Part shown: positions 17,786-28,568 of the stretch, one piece after another
How positions within the stretch are numbered: position 1 is the first letter of the stretch
Layout: each line of letters opens with the position of its first letter
Source: Candidatus Dojkabacteria bacterium
Lineage (GTDB): Bacteria; Patescibacteriota; Dojkabacteria; SC72; JAFGCJ01
Direction of reading: 5' to 3'
Length of the DNA stretch: 64,000 nt
Assembly: GCA_016929645.1 (NCBI GenBank)
Contig: JAFGIK010000031.1
Location: forward strand, 2,548-66,547
Notes under the pieces: model-generated
The model's input: only the letters and a program-made list of their open reading frames with translations
The model's database searches: none
What the model was told of the DNA's origin: nothing
Position numbers and translations under genes: made by a program

Positions 17786-17817
17786 GGGAGAATATCGATA
17801 GATATTCTCCCTTTTCT
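17786..17817 (+). terminator. Rho-independent terminator: perfect 11-bp stem gggagaatatc / gatattctccc, loop gata, followed by TTTTCT
   Basis: Read directly from the sequence at 17786-17817, 44 nt after the stop of the 16906-17742 gene. Confidence 0.8.
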
Positions 17818-17862
17818 AGGATAAAAATAGCCCCGATACAAGTAACTTTTTTTTGATACTCA

Positions 17863-18675
17863 ATGGATATATCAATAGTCATACCTACATACAAAGAGAT
17901 TGACGACCCAATACAGGATGCAAAATACAAAATACAAAGGTTAGCATCAAAGCTAGGTAATAAAACCCAATTTGAGCTCATCTACGTATTTGACGGTGTA
18001 CTTACGCACAGCATAATAAAACAGAAAATGATAAGGCTTCAAAGCGCAAATATACCAAATGTTAAAATCCTATATAACACATACAACAAAGGTAAAGGGT
18101 TCGGCCTTGTGAAAGGTATGGCCCATGCAGAAGGCAAACATATAGGCTTTCTTGACTATGGCAGAGAGATAAATCCTGATGTTATTGCTGATCAATACGA
18201 TAAATTAACAAAATATGGATACGATATTGCCATTGCCGACAAATATCATAAGGATTCGAAATTCAAAAGCAGTATTTTCCGCAAAATTATCAGTTCAGGA
18301 TTTGTTTTTGTCTCATATCTTTTTGTAGGGTTAAAGTTTGGAGATACACAAACAGGAGCTAAGCTTTTCAAAAGAGAAGTTGTAACAACAATTCTCCCCA
18401 AATTAACAATCAGAGGATACGCGATTGATGTAGAATTATTAAAAGCTTCACTAGACAACGGATTTAACAAAGTGATATCTACGCCAGTAGAATTACACAA
18501 AAACCTAGATTCAGGGATTAATCCTAGGACAATTATCAAAGTAAGTTACCAGATGGCAATAGATACTGCGTATGTAGGGTACTTATCACGCTTTAGAAAT
18601 GCATACAAAAAATACAACAATAGATCCACAATTTCTATCAAAACAATACTTGCAGAAATTAGTACTACAGCATAA
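17863..18675 (+). CDS. glycosyltransferase family 2 (Dpm1/GtrB-like)
   Basis: N-terminal ISIVIPTYKE with a DxD-type region (IYVFDGV). Confidence 0.7.
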   Translation: MDISIVIPTYKEIDDPIQDAKYKIQRLASKLGNKTQFELIYVFDGVLTHSIIKQKMIRLQSANIPNVKILYNTYNKGKGFGLVKGMAHAEGKHIGFLDYGREINPDVIADQYDKLTKYGYDIAIADKYHKDSKFKSSIFRKIISSGFVFVSYLFVGLKFGDTQTGAKLFKREVVTTILPKLTIRGYAIDVELLKASLDNGFNKVISTPVELHKNLDSGINPRTIIKVSYQMAIDTAYVGYLSRFRNAYKKYNNRSTISIKTILAEISTTA

Positions 18676-18687
18676 GATTGAATTCAT

Positions 18688-19236
18688 ATGAAGTACATTA
18701 TTTCAATACTTGTTTCAATTATTTTGCTTTCTACTGTACTATTTTTTACATTAGGCAATAATCCATTAACATTAACCTCAAAGCCCGAGGAGTTATCATT
18801 TACTTTACCAAAAGGAGATAACAAGACTGTAGTGCTCCAAGGACTTAGTTTTAAGGCTGAGCTTACTTATTCATGTAAAGATAATGAAGAATTCATTATA
18901 AAAACAGACAAGAATATCAACCTTGAATCTAGCAAAAGTTTGAAAATTAACAAACTAGCAATTCAAGTTTTTCAAAATGTTAGCTGGTACGACATAAAAA
19001 CCAAAAGTTTCTCAGTTTACCTTAACAACACGAAATATCTTGCAATACCACAAAGGCTCAATGACAATAGAATTGAGGTCGAATTTAGTTTTTCGACGGA
19101 AGAAAAAGATAACCAAACAAATCGAATCATAACAAGCGTTGTAAGATCAACAGATCTCCTGGTTTTCCCAATAATCATTTTATTAGTTGCATTAATCAAT
19201 GAAAAAAAAGAAACAAAAACAAGAAAAACAAAATAA
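18688..19236 (+). CDS. hypothetical secreted/membrane protein
   Basis: Hydrophobic N-terminal helix and C-terminal helix (LLVFPIIILLVAL). Its last 38 nt overlap the next ORF across an A8 homopolymer. Confidence 0.45.
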   Translation: MKYIISILVSIILLSTVLFFTLGNNPLTLTSKPEELSFTLPKGDNKTVVLQGLSFKAELTYSCKDNEEFIIKTDKNINLESSKSLKINKLAIQVFQNVSWYDIKTKSFSVYLNNTKYLAIPQRLNDNRIEVEFSFSTEEKDNQTNRIITSVVRSTDLLVFPIIILLVALINEKKETKTRKTK

Positions 19237-20827
19237 AAAACTGGATATTCTGTCATTGGTTTTAACAATAGCTTCTATAGCAATTCCGATAGCTCTGGTA
19301 ATTTTCACACTTTGGATACCAATGCCAGAAAAGCCACTGTTTTTTGCAACAAATCGACCTTTCTATGATTCCAAGCCGTTCTACCAGACTTTTTACAACA
19401 CGAAAGAATATGATTGGGCAATAATATCAGCAATTCGTTGTATCTTCAGCAAATATATTGGAATCGTGTACGAGTCAAGAATATACTTTTCATTAATAAT
19501 GTTTGGTTGCTACATTTCTTACTATTTCTCGTTTAATGACTTTTTTAAAAGCGTTAAAAATCAAAAAAATCTTTTATTAAATATTATCGCGGCAACATTT
19601 AGCATATTAAATCCTTTCTTCGTAAATCGTTTAATATTAGGACACGATAGAATATTAATAGCTTACGCAATAACCCCACTTATGCTTGTCACTTCGTGGA
19701 AATTGATAACAGGAAACATTTTCAATATTGAAAGTTATATTAAAATATTATCCCTTTCTTTACTTATCGTATTCATATCACCTCATTTTCTACCTTTCCT
19801 TATAATTTACCTTATTTTATTTGCAATATTTGCTGCTAAAACAATAGGCAGGAAACTAAAACAGAAATCTCTAGTTATTGAAAATAAAAAGCAATTAATT
19901 GTTTTTTCGTTATTATCAGTTATTTCAATATTCTTAATTTACCTCACATTTAATAGAGTTATTGAGAAAACACAAACAATAAAGCTTGCTGATGCCGAAA
20001 TTTGGGCCACGAGAAGCGATAAATACTACAATATATTGATAAATACACTCAGTCTATACGGTTATTGGGTAGAGAAGGGAATACTTAATACATCAAAACA
20101 ATTATGGAGCAAATTCTGGATAGTCATCCCTATCGTGTACCTGACATTTTTTATTCAGGGACTCATCACAATTTTTAATGCCAAAAGTGACCCTACTACA
20201 ACAAAAACTAAAACAGCAAACAAAAGCCTTGTCTACCTAATAATATCAACATTTTTGATATTTTTACTATTATCACTTGGTCAAAATACTATATTTAGCG
20301 CAGGTTCAGTAATATTTGAAAATCTCTTTGACACAATATTACTGCGAGGCATGAGGGAGGCACAAAAATTTCAGGCATTTATTGCAATATATTATGTCCT
20401 AATAATCCCAATTGGACTGTCATCATTAAAAGGTCATGAAAAATTGCTAAACAAAACTTTAATTCTGCTAGGAAGCATATGTTTCCTAATCACAAGCAGT
20501 CTGACTCTATTCTTTAATGGCAATAATCAAGTCAAACAATGTAACTACCCATCGGAAGTTATTGATCTTGCAAATAGCCTTGATAAAGATGACAAAGTAT
20601 TGATACTAAATTTTTCACACAGTTACTTCAATTTTTGCAACATTTTTATCGAAAACCCGTTCGGAAATGTATTTTATGCAGATGTAGAAACTGGATTTGA
20701 TGCAAAGGAAGAGTATGATGTAATTCTATATGCAAAATCAGAGACATTTATCAATCCGATAAACCCAGAAATATGCTATCAAATAAAGGAAACTGATGAT
20801 GTTTATATTTGCAAAATTAATCATTAA
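19199..20827 (+). CDS. polytopic integral membrane protein, GT-C-like. It is the smallest member of a three-member paralogous family in this island.
   Basis: At least 10 predicted TM helices. It shares a GH-containing loop block with the 24393 and 32071 proteins: NRLILGHDRILIAYAITPLML, compared with YKIIAGHIYFLFGYMILPIF and MNQSYIHSYAAIPLLVFF. Confidence 0.5.
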   Translation: MKKKKQKQEKQNKKLDILSLVLTIASIAIPIALVIFTLWIPMPEKPLFFATNRPFYDSKPFYQTFYNTKEYDWAIISAIRCIFSKYIGIVYESRIYFSLIMFGCYISYYFSFNDFFKSVKNQKNLLLNIIAATFSILNPFFVNRLILGHDRILIAYAITPLMLVTSWKLITGNIFNIESYIKILSLSLLIVFISPHFLPFLIIYLILFAIFAAKTIGRKLKQKSLVIENKKQLIVFSLLSVISIFLIYLTFNRVIEKTQTIKLADAEIWATRSDKYYNILINTLSLYGYWVEKGILNTSKQLWSKFWIVIPIVYLTFFIQGLITIFNAKSDPTTTKTKTANKSLVYLIISTFLIFLLLSLGQNTIFSAGSVIFENLFDTILLRGMREAQKFQAFIAIYYVLIIPIGLSSLKGHEKLLNKTLILLGSICFLITSSLTLFFNGNNQVKQCNYPSEVIDLANSLDKDDKVLILNFSHSYFNFCNIFIENPFGNVFYADVETGFDAKEEYDVILYAKSETFINPINPEICYQIKETDDVYICKINH

Positions 20828-20929
20828 ATAGTAAAATTATAGGGTACGTTCGCACGCTATATTAATTTTCAATAGTTCCTATACAAGATTAATTATTCAA
20901 GAAGAACATTCTAACTATAGGACTCAACA

Positions 20930-22063
20930 ATGACCAAAAAGAACAAAATTCTCTGGGTTAGCTGGAAAGATATAAACCACCCTCAAGCAGGAGGCGCAGA
21001 AATAATTACAACCGAATTAAGGAATCGATTAGTAAAGAATGGATACGAAGTGACTCATCTCACCTCAAATTACCCAGGTTCTAAACACGAAGAAACCGTT
21101 GAAGGCGTTAAAACAATTAGAGTAGGCCGCAATAGATATATTCATAGTTTTGCAGCAATAGTCTACTATTTGAGAAATCTTGTAAATAAGCAGGACATAA
21201 TTATTGAAGAAGTGAATACAGCCCCATACCTGCTAAATCTATTTAACAAAAATGCTAAGTTTTATCTATTCTATAATCAACTTGCAAGAGAAATATGGTT
21301 TTACGAAACCAAATTCCCACTGAATTTTATTGGCTATTTTCTTCTTGAACCATTAGCCACAATTGCAAATGCAATAAAAGGCCCAAAACTAATCACAATT
21401 TCAGAAAGTACAAAAACAGATTTGGAGAGATTTGGCCATAAAGATAAAAATATTTACATAATACCAATGGCCACACACACCAAACCATTGATTTCAATAA
21501 AAAGTTCCATTCCCAAAGAGAAGAATTTTACAATTATTTACCTTGGTAGTCTAAGGACAATGAAGAGGCCAATCGAAATACTTAAAGGATTCAAAGTTTT
21601 TGTTGAAAACAATCCAGAAGCAAAATTATGGATTGCAGGTGGCGGAAGCGACTTCCAGAAAAATAAACTAATAAAATACACAAAAGATAATAATCTCACA
21701 AAGAATGTAACATTTTTTGGATTTATTTCAGAAGAACAAAAAAGAGAATTACTTCAAAAAGCTCATGTACTTGCTGCAACAAGCCTTAAGGAAGGATGGG
21801 GGCTAATCGTTACAGAAGCAGGGTTAGTCGCCACTCCAAGCGTAGTCTACAACGTAGACGGCTTACGAGACTCCTGCCAGAACAATATAACAGGTATGGT
21901 TACAAACAGAAATATCCCTAATGAATTGGCAAAATGCTGGCAAGAAATGAAAGATCACCAAGAAAGTTATGAGATTTTTAGAAAAAACTCTTATATCTTT
22001 GCTCAAACGTTAACATTTAATAATTGTTTCAATAAATTTTTAGAAATAATTGAAAATGAATAA
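20930..22063 (+). CDS. glycosyltransferase family 4 (GT-B, retaining)
   Basis: The segment KEGWGLIVTEAGLVATPSVVYNVDGLRD matches the E(x7)E / GT4 C-terminal signature. Confidence 0.75.
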   Translation: MTKKNKILWVSWKDINHPQAGGAEIITTELRNRLVKNGYEVTHLTSNYPGSKHEETVEGVKTIRVGRNRYIHSFAAIVYYLRNLVNKQDIIIEEVNTAPYLLNLFNKNAKFYLFYNQLAREIWFYETKFPLNFIGYFLLEPLATIANAIKGPKLITISESTKTDLERFGHKDKNIYIIPMATHTKPLISIKSSIPKEKNFTIIYLGSLRTMKRPIEILKGFKVFVENNPEAKLWIAGGGSDFQKNKLIKYTKDNNLTKNVTFFGFISEEQKRELLQKAHVLAATSLKEGWGLIVTEAGLVATPSVVYNVDGLRDSCQNNITGMVTNRNIPNELAKCWQEMKDHQESYEIFRKNSYIFAQTLTFNNCFNKFLEIIENE

Positions 22064-22082
22064 ATCAAACCAATCTGCCAAA

Positions 22083-23207
22083 ATGAAAATCTTATTTCTA
22101 GGAACTCACGGTCAAAAAAACATTGGAGATGAATTATTACTTGAAACATTTCTTTATAAATTAAGAGAAAATTACGATTTTCTTGTTAACTCATACACAC
22201 CCAAAGAAACTGCTGAGAAATTTAATGTAAAAACATTTGACACTCAAAATGAGCGTATAAAGATGATGAAGTATATCAATAACAGTGATGTTGTAATATT
22301 TGGTGGAGGAAGCATAGTCAAAGAAATGTATCCAGAGTACGGGAGAAGTAGATATTCCGTTTTGTTCATACTCCTTGCAATATCATTGTATACAAAAATA
22401 ATTGCACGGAAAAAACTAATTTTTTCCAATATCGGAATTGGTCCTTTAAAGAAAAAATTTAGTTTTTTCCTTGCAAAATTAATCCTATCGTGTGGTGATT
22501 TTATTTCAGTCAGAGATACAAATTCCCTCGAGTATGCAAATATTGTTGTTCCAAAGAAAAAAGTGCTCCAAGTACCTGATGCAGTATTTGCATTAAACAA
22601 GGATTACTTTGGATTGAAAGAGAATAAAGCTAACAGCACCAAGACCATAGCTGTAAATTTATGCAAAAACATAGAAAAGCCAAGCAATTGGAAGTATTTC
22701 ATAGATCAACTGACAAAATCCATTATTAATGTTCACAAAAAACATCCAGAATTTGAATTTGTTGGTCTTCCTATGCAATATGATTATTCAATTGATGATA
22801 TTAAGACATTAAAGATGCTAAAAGAAAAACTTTCATTAATGGACAAAACGATTAAGTTTAGTATAACTAAACCAAATTCTGTTGAAGATATCATTAAAAT
22901 AATCAATAATGCACATTTGGTTGTAGCGGAACGCCTTCATACAAACATTTTATCAATAATTACCAATACTCCATTTGTAGCTCTAGAATACGACATAAAA
23001 GTTCAATCACTTTTGAAAAATCACAATCTCGAGAAGCAAGGATTAAATATTAACGAAAAATTTAAAGATGGCTTGATCCAGGAAAAGATTGAGAATTCAT
23101 TAAGTAATTATGATCTTATTAAGAAATCATTAGAAAAAATAAGCAAAAATAATAACGAAATTGTTACCGAATACTTTAACTCTTTAAAGACAGAGATTAA
23201 TAAATAA
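22083..23207 (+). CDS. polysaccharide pyruvyl transferase family protein (CsaB/WcaK-like). The ORF track starts at a TTG at 22050, but the ATG at 22083 is the more likely start.
   Basis: N-terminal MKILFLGTHGQKNIGDELLLETFLYKL matches the pyruvyl-transferase N-terminal GxxGxxNxGDeail motif. Confidence 0.6.
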   Translation: MKILFLGTHGQKNIGDELLLETFLYKLRENYDFLVNSYTPKETAEKFNVKTFDTQNERIKMMKYINNSDVVIFGGGSIVKEMYPEYGRSRYSVLFILLAISLYTKIIARKKLIFSNIGIGPLKKKFSFFLAKLILSCGDFISVRDTNSLEYANIVVPKKKVLQVPDAVFALNKDYFGLKENKANSTKTIAVNLCKNIEKPSNWKYFIDQLTKSIINVHKKHPEFEFVGLPMQYDYSIDDIKTLKMLKEKLSLMDKTIKFSITKPNSVEDIIKIINNAHLVVAERLHTNILSIITNTPFVALEYDIKVQSLLKNHNLEKQGLNINEKFKDGLIQEKIENSLSNYDLIKKSLEKISKNNNEIVTEYFNSLKTEINK

Positions 23208-24388
23208 TGAAAAAATTATTTTGTACAATAAATGGGAATACACGCAAAACAAAATCCGGAGGCGGTGTCCATTTTGTACAACTTATTGAATGGATAAAAG
23301 AGAATAAAAAAGATGTAGAAGTAAGTCTTATTCACCCACAAAACGATTTTCTGCTTGATACATATGAACAGCTAAGAAGTGTTAGAAATATAGGGTACTT
23401 CGAACCAAACTTTCTGAAAAAATCAGTCAGCCTTGCATATCTTTATAGATCTATCGTTTCACCAACAAAAATTCCATTAAAAGAAATTCAAAAAAATGAT
23501 CAGGCAACACTATTAGCAACAAGCCACTATTTAACAGATACTTTACCAATATTTATTAAATCAATATTTAGCTCTTCAAAAGTCACAAAGTCAGTTTATG
23601 TATACCATCTTGTGCTTGACTCACCAAGAAAAGCTAGCATATCTACATTTTTAAGCAATATTCAAGAAAGAATATCCTTATTTTTAATCAAAAAATCATT
23701 TGACAGAATTATCGTAATAAATGACTTTGTAATGAAAAAACTATTAAAATTTGGATTTGATAGAAAAAAGATAAAGAAAATTAATAGTCTTGCTAAGTTA
23801 CGAAACGTTAAAGTCGTAGATTATAAAAGAAAAAAATACGACCTCTGCTACCTTGGTAGATTTGCCCAAAATAAAGGAGTTTATGACTTCATTGAAGTAT
23901 TTAAGAAAATTCAAAAAAATAATCCCAAAATAACAGGAATCATGATTGGTGATGGTACAGAATTTCAAAATATTAATGAAATTACAAAAAGAGAAAAACT
24001 TGATATTAAACTTCCTGGGTTTGTTGATGATGATAACAAATTTCGTTATCTTTCCGAATCAAAATTTTTTGTTTTCCCAAGTATAGAAGAGGGATGGGGT
24101 ATTGCAATAATAGAAAGCCTTTCGTCAGGAACTCCAGTAATAGCATATGATCTTGATATTTATAAAGAAATATTTGGCAATAATATTTTTACTACAGAAT
24201 TAAAGAACGTAAAAGCACTAACACAAAAAACAGACAATTTGTTAAAAAAATATTCAGAAAATTTTAACGAATACGAAAAGAAACAAAAAGAAATAATGAA
24301 ATTTTCAAGAGATTTTGATTTAAATAAAACAGCAGATGAAGAATTTAGTTTTTTAACAAACCTAGATAATTCGTCCGAAAAAAAATGA
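23207..24388 (+). CDS. glycosyltransferase family 4
   Basis: The segment EEGWGIAIIESLSSGTPVIAYDLDIYKEIFG matches the GT4 signature. Confidence 0.75.
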   Translation: MKKLFCTINGNTRKTKSGGGVHFVQLIEWIKENKKDVEVSLIHPQNDFLLDTYEQLRSVRNIGYFEPNFLKKSVSLAYLYRSIVSPTKIPLKEIQKNDQATLLATSHYLTDTLPIFIKSIFSSSKVTKSVYVYHLVLDSPRKASISTFLSNIQERISLFLIKKSFDRIIVINDFVMKKLLKFGFDRKKIKKINSLAKLRNVKVVDYKRKKYDLCYLGRFAQNKGVYDFIEVFKKIQKNNPKITGIMIGDGTEFQNINEITKREKLDIKLPGFVDDDNKFRYLSESKFFVFPSIEEGWGIAIIESLSSGTPVIAYDLDIYKEIFGNNIFTTELKNVKALTQKTDNLLKKYSENFNEYEKKQKEIMKFSRDFDLNKTADEEFSFLTNLDNSSEKK

Positions 24389-24392
24389 GAGA

Positions 24393-27300
24393 ATGAAGGA
24401 ATCAAATAAAAAAACAAAAAACAGAAAATGGATAAAAGTTTTAGTTTCATGGGTACTCCCGGTATTAATATATGCACTTTTGGCAATTTTTGTTTCAAGA
24501 AAAGTGATTTTCTCTGAAGGGCATATAGGATTTATTCATGACTGGGCATTACCAAGAACTCAGCAAGAGTCCCAAATGGTATTATCCAAAGTATTTTATG
24601 CTTACACAGACAGAGATCTTGGTACATCACCATCATATTTGACTGACTACACATTTACATTAATTATTGGAACACTTGGCAAGCTTGGAATTAGTGGGAC
24701 AACAGTGTCAAAGTTGATAATTTTTTCATCAGTTTTCCTGTCTGGTACTAATTTATACATATTTTTAAGAAGATCATTAAAAGCCAAACCGTTTCCTTCA
24801 TTCTGGGCTGGGTTATTTTATGCAATTTCTCCTTATATATTTTATAAAATTATTGCTGGACATATTTACTTTTTGTTTGGATACATGATTCTCCCAATTT
24901 TCGGATACTTTGTAGAGCGGGCATTCAGATCAAAATCCATATATAAACTCATCACAAGTTCATTAATAGCAGGAGTTCTACTTTCGTTCGCAGGATGGCA
25001 AATTCAATTCTATATTTTCGGAGCAGTCTTATATGCCATTATCTTCTTTTCAAGTAAGGCTAAAACTGCAAATAAAATTGCAAATTTTGCAATTTTATTT
25101 TTAACAAACATAATACTTTGTATGCCATGGTTCATTCCCTTATTTTCAAGAGAAAAAGTAACAGAGCAGTTTCAGGGATATGTTTCGTATCAATCAATAA
25201 TCAGGCAATCAAAATATTCCATATTATCAAACATTATAAGAGGAAGAGAAGGCTCAGCGCCTTATTTTTCTGAAACGCTTAATTCATTACCTCAATATCA
25301 AGCTGATATATATAATATTGTTTCATATTTTATTGCATTTATAAGCATTTCAGGAATAGTAATATCGATAGTTGCATTTTTCTCAAGTATTTTCAATAAA
25401 ATTACGAAAAATCCCAAAAATAGAAAAACATCAATATTACAAAGATTCTGCATAATATCAATCCCATTTCTTGCAGTTTTTATGTTCCTGGCAAACGGGT
25501 CAAATTTTCCAACAGGAGATTTTATAATTCAACTTTATAAAAACATTTCAATACTGGGATTATTTAGAGAGATATATCACATTGCATATATAATTGTATT
25601 CTTTTTCAATATATACCTCGCTTTCTTCCTCGATAAAGTAATTTTTAATCGTGAACTATATAATTCTCCCACCAAAAAATTGCCTAAATTCTTCAAGTTA
25701 ATTACGAATGTCATTCTTGTAATCCTGTTTTTAGGAATGGTACCAGTATACGCTTCTGGAAATTTTGGAAACCACTTGAAAACCTACACCCTGGATTCAG
25801 ATTTATTAGAATTACAGGAAAATCTTAGTGGTGAACGCGTAATATTTTTACCTAACATGCAGCCATACAATCCAGACCCTGATGCAAATTGGGGAGGATG
25901 GAATGTCATGCAAGTTTATGGCCAATACAGCACAACACCTCAAGGAGGAATTACAAATCCATATCAGAAGACAATAATAAATAGGATCAACTACTGCCTT
26001 ATTTTCGATGATAATTGCTATAACGAAGTACCAACAATGCTGAAAGATATGGGTATTACAAAGATAGTCGTACTAAACGATATTTATTCTTTGAATTATC
26101 GGTTCACTGCCTTGGGCTTAGAATCTAACAACAAAAACCTATTTAAAGAGGTAAATTATGAAGAGCGACTGGATTCTTTAAATTTCACTAAATTAGAGAA
26201 TAATTCTAAATACGTATTGTATGACATTCCTGATACAAATCCTGTAATATCTGCCAATAACACTTTAGTATCAATGTTTGGAGGTATTCAGGGCCTAACA
26301 ATTTCAGAAACACAGGATGCAGAAATTATTGGAAGCCACAGAGGAAGTATAAATAGTGAGATTTTTGAAGAATCAGATGGAGTAATAATAGAAAACAACA
26401 AAATTCTCTTAACCCAACTGGAGCTGAATCCAAACACTCTTGAAATTGAGCCAGGTTATTTTGTCGAAGATAATAGCTGGAATTCATACTTTAATTATTG
26501 GTGGAGAGAAGGCTTCTCTGACAGCGGATACAATGGAGTTTACACAGAATCAACAAACGCTGTTCTAACAATTCCAATAACAATACCAAAATCACAGAAA
26601 TACGATATATACGTCAATCTTGGAACTCAGAACGCCCAAGAGATATCAAAATTCGCAATATCTTTTGAAAACATTGATGGAAGGACCAAAATTGATAATA
26701 CGAACATCCAGAGAAATTATGGCATCATTGAAGCAGCAAAAGACATCCATCTTGAAAAAGGCCAAGTAACAATGATACTACGAAACTTAAAGGGCCCAAC
26801 AAAGATTGATTCAATCTATCTTGTCCCAAGTAATGATGAAAAAATCGATTTAAATTTCGAAGATAAATCAATATTTCTTATTAATTCAGTAGATACAATT
26901 AATTCATACGAAAACAACCCACTGAGAATTGAAACTGATCTTAGCGATTACGAAATTTCTGCTTATAAAGAAGATGAAAATAAAACAAAATATAAATTCA
27001 CAGAAGGAGATCCTTACAACATAATCGAAGTTGAATATTCCAAAGATAATCTAGAAACAGGGGAATTTGTCTCACTTCGATACCCGCTGAATGGAATACC
27101 AGTCCAGAAACTTCAGTTGCTTGAAAGATTCGAATTTGAGTATTCTCTATCAAGTCCAAACGATACTTATATCGACGTAGCAATAACAATCACTCATAGC
27201 GGAAAAACATCAACAATGATTGTTCAAAAAGAATTCACCAACAACAATACCGGAAAAGTTACAGTAGACTTTAATAACGTTATAAAAAACCTTGAATATA

Positions 27301-28568
27301 AAATTCTGGACACAAAAATTGAGGACATCGCAATCCAATCAATAGTAATAACATTGAATAGAAATAGACTTATTGATTTAGATCAAAACACAAAATATAC
27401 ATATCAAATTTCTAATCCGGTTTTTACAACAGACCAAAACAAGCTTATTTCTGAAAATGATTTTTATGACACAGCCTACTACCTTAATCAGAACATGCTA
27501 ATTAATTATCTTGATCAGAATTATTCTGATTCTAAAGTTGAAATATCGACAGATCCGCTAAATCCCGAAGTTTCATTAAATTCATATCAGGCAGGAGAAA
27601 GAAACACATCTGTAGATTTTAGTCAAAATAACTACACCCTAAATATAACTGAATCGGCAGAGACAAGTGAATTCGCAACACTATCAATAAATATCGAAGA
27701 CCCCGAAATAATAGGAAATTATGATTATTTAGTAATACCTGCAACCTTTGATGAACAAGCTGGATTTATCGATGTAATGCTAAGGTATTCAAATCAAGAA
27801 GACAAATACTCAGATCCACTCATTTTTACATCGACGAAAAATTCAGGAGGAAACATAATAATAAACTTATCAGAGATGCTCAAAGGACATACGGCCGCCG
27901 AAATAGAAAGCATAGAAATTATCATGAATAAAAATAAATGGCTATCACAAGACATAAGGAAAGTAAATTTCCAGATAGGTAATATCAACCTGTTAAAAAA
28001 TAACAATTCAAAAGAATCTATCACAAATTTTGAAAAGAAATTCATAACAGTTTATTCTCCAGTAGAGGATACCTTCATTCTGAAAATGGTCCAGCCAGAT
28101 GGAAAATATATTTCTTCAGAAGTAAAATTAAAGGTCGGAATCAATCAAGTAAATTTACCTTCAGATAGTGACACGATCACAATCAAATACTGTATATTGG
28201 AGAGATTAGCTTCAGATTGGAATCCAACTAAAATATTTCCAAAATATAAGAAAATCGATAGTACAAATTATGAAGTCGTCTATGAAAAGTCATTAAGTAA
28301 AATGAAAATTATAACGATACGCAATATCTATGATGCTGACTGGCAGATAGAACAATATGAAAACAGCAAGCAAATTAGAACAAACATGCTATTTAACTCA
28401 TTTCTAATTGAAAATATAAAAGAAAATCCAATAGAAATTGATTATAGTTTACAAGTATACAGAGAGTATTCTTTATGGATAACACTTGCTACAGCATTAA
28501 TTGTTTCCATGATACTTGCAATTTGGGGAATAATGAGGAAATTTAAAATAATAAATAATGCAAAATGA
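24393..28568 (+). CDS. giant membrane protein of 1391 aa: N-terminal GT-C-like polytopic domain, an extracytoplasmic domain of about 900 aa, and a C-terminal TM helix
   Basis: About 13 TM helices in the first 450 aa. Long hydrophilic Asn/Ile/Tyr-rich region. Terminal helix WITLATALIVSMILAIWGI. Paralogous to the 32071 and 19199 proteins. Confidence 0.6.
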   Translation: MKESNKKTKNRKWIKVLVSWVLPVLIYALLAIFVSRKVIFSEGHIGFIHDWALPRTQQESQMVLSKVFYAYTDRDLGTSPSYLTDYTFTLIIGTLGKLGISGTTVSKLIIFSSVFLSGTNLYIFLRRSLKAKPFPSFWAGLFYAISPYIFYKIIAGHIYFLFGYMILPIFGYFVERAFRSKSIYKLITSSLIAGVLLSFAGWQIQFYIFGAVLYAIIFFSSKAKTANKIANFAILFLTNIILCMPWFIPLFSREKVTEQFQGYVSYQSIIRQSKYSILSNIIRGREGSAPYFSETLNSLPQYQADIYNIVSYFIAFISISGIVISIVAFFSSIFNKITKNPKNRKTSILQRFCIISIPFLAVFMFLANGSNFPTGDFIIQLYKNISILGLFREIYHIAYIIVFFFNIYLAFFLDKVIFNRELYNSPTKKLPKFFKLITNVILVILFLGMVPVYASGNFGNHLKTYTLDSDLLELQENLSGERVIFLPNMQPYNPDPDANWGGWNVMQVYGQYSTTPQGGITNPYQKTIINRINYCLIFDDNCYNEVPTMLKDMGITKIVVLNDIYSLNYRFTALGLESNNKNLFKEVNYEERLDSLNFTKLENNSKYVLYDIPDTNPVISANNTLVSMFGGIQGLTISETQDAEIIGSHRGSINSEIFEESDGVIIENNKILLTQLELNPNTLEIEPGYFVEDNSWNSYFNYWWREGFSDSGYNGVYTESTNAVLTIPITIPKSQKYDIYVNLGTQNAQEISKFAISFENIDGRTKIDNTNIQRNYGIIEAAKDIHLEKGQVTMILRNLKGPTKIDSIYLVPSNDEKIDLNFEDKSIFLINSVDTINSYENNPLRIETDLSDYEISAYKEDENKTKYKFTEGDPYNIIEVEYSKDNLETGEFVSLRYPLNGIPVQKLQLLERFEFEYSLSSPNDTYIDVAITITHSGKTSTMIVQKEFTNNNTGKVTVDFNNVIKNLEYKILDTKIEDIAIQSIVITLNRNRLIDLDQNTKYTYQISNPVFTTDQNKLISENDFYDTAYYLNQNMLINYLDQNYSDSKVEISTDPLNPEVSLNSYQAGERNTSVDFSQNNYTLNITESAETSEFATLSINIEDPEIIGNYDYLVIPATFDEQAGFIDVMLRYSNQEDKYSDPLIFTSTKNSGGNIIINLSEMLKGHTAAEIESIEIIMNKNKWLSQDIRKVNFQIGNINLLKNNNSKESITNFEKKFITVYSPVEDTFILKMVQPDGKYISSEVKLKVGINQVNLPSDSDTITIKYCILERLASDWNPTKIFPKYKKIDSTNYEVVYEKSLSKMKIITIRNIYDADWQIEQYENSKQIRTNMLFNSFLIENIKENPIEIDYSLQVYREYSLWITLATALIVSMILAIWGIMRKFKIINNAK

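Noticed and set aside
19199-19245. A8 homopolymer (19203-19210) at the 38-nt overlap of the 18688 and 19199 ORFs, as a possible frameshift joining them
   Set aside because: A fusion would place a small extracytoplasmic domain before the polytopic domain. That is the opposite order to the two clear paralogs at 24393 and 32071. Two separate genes is the more economical reading, though a read-level check of the A-run is cheap.
22050-22082. TTG start at 22050 for the pyruvyl transferase, overlapping the GT4 stop
   Set aside because: The family N-terminus (MKIlfLG...NxGDE) begins at the in-frame ATG at 22083. The 11 extra codons are likely not translated.
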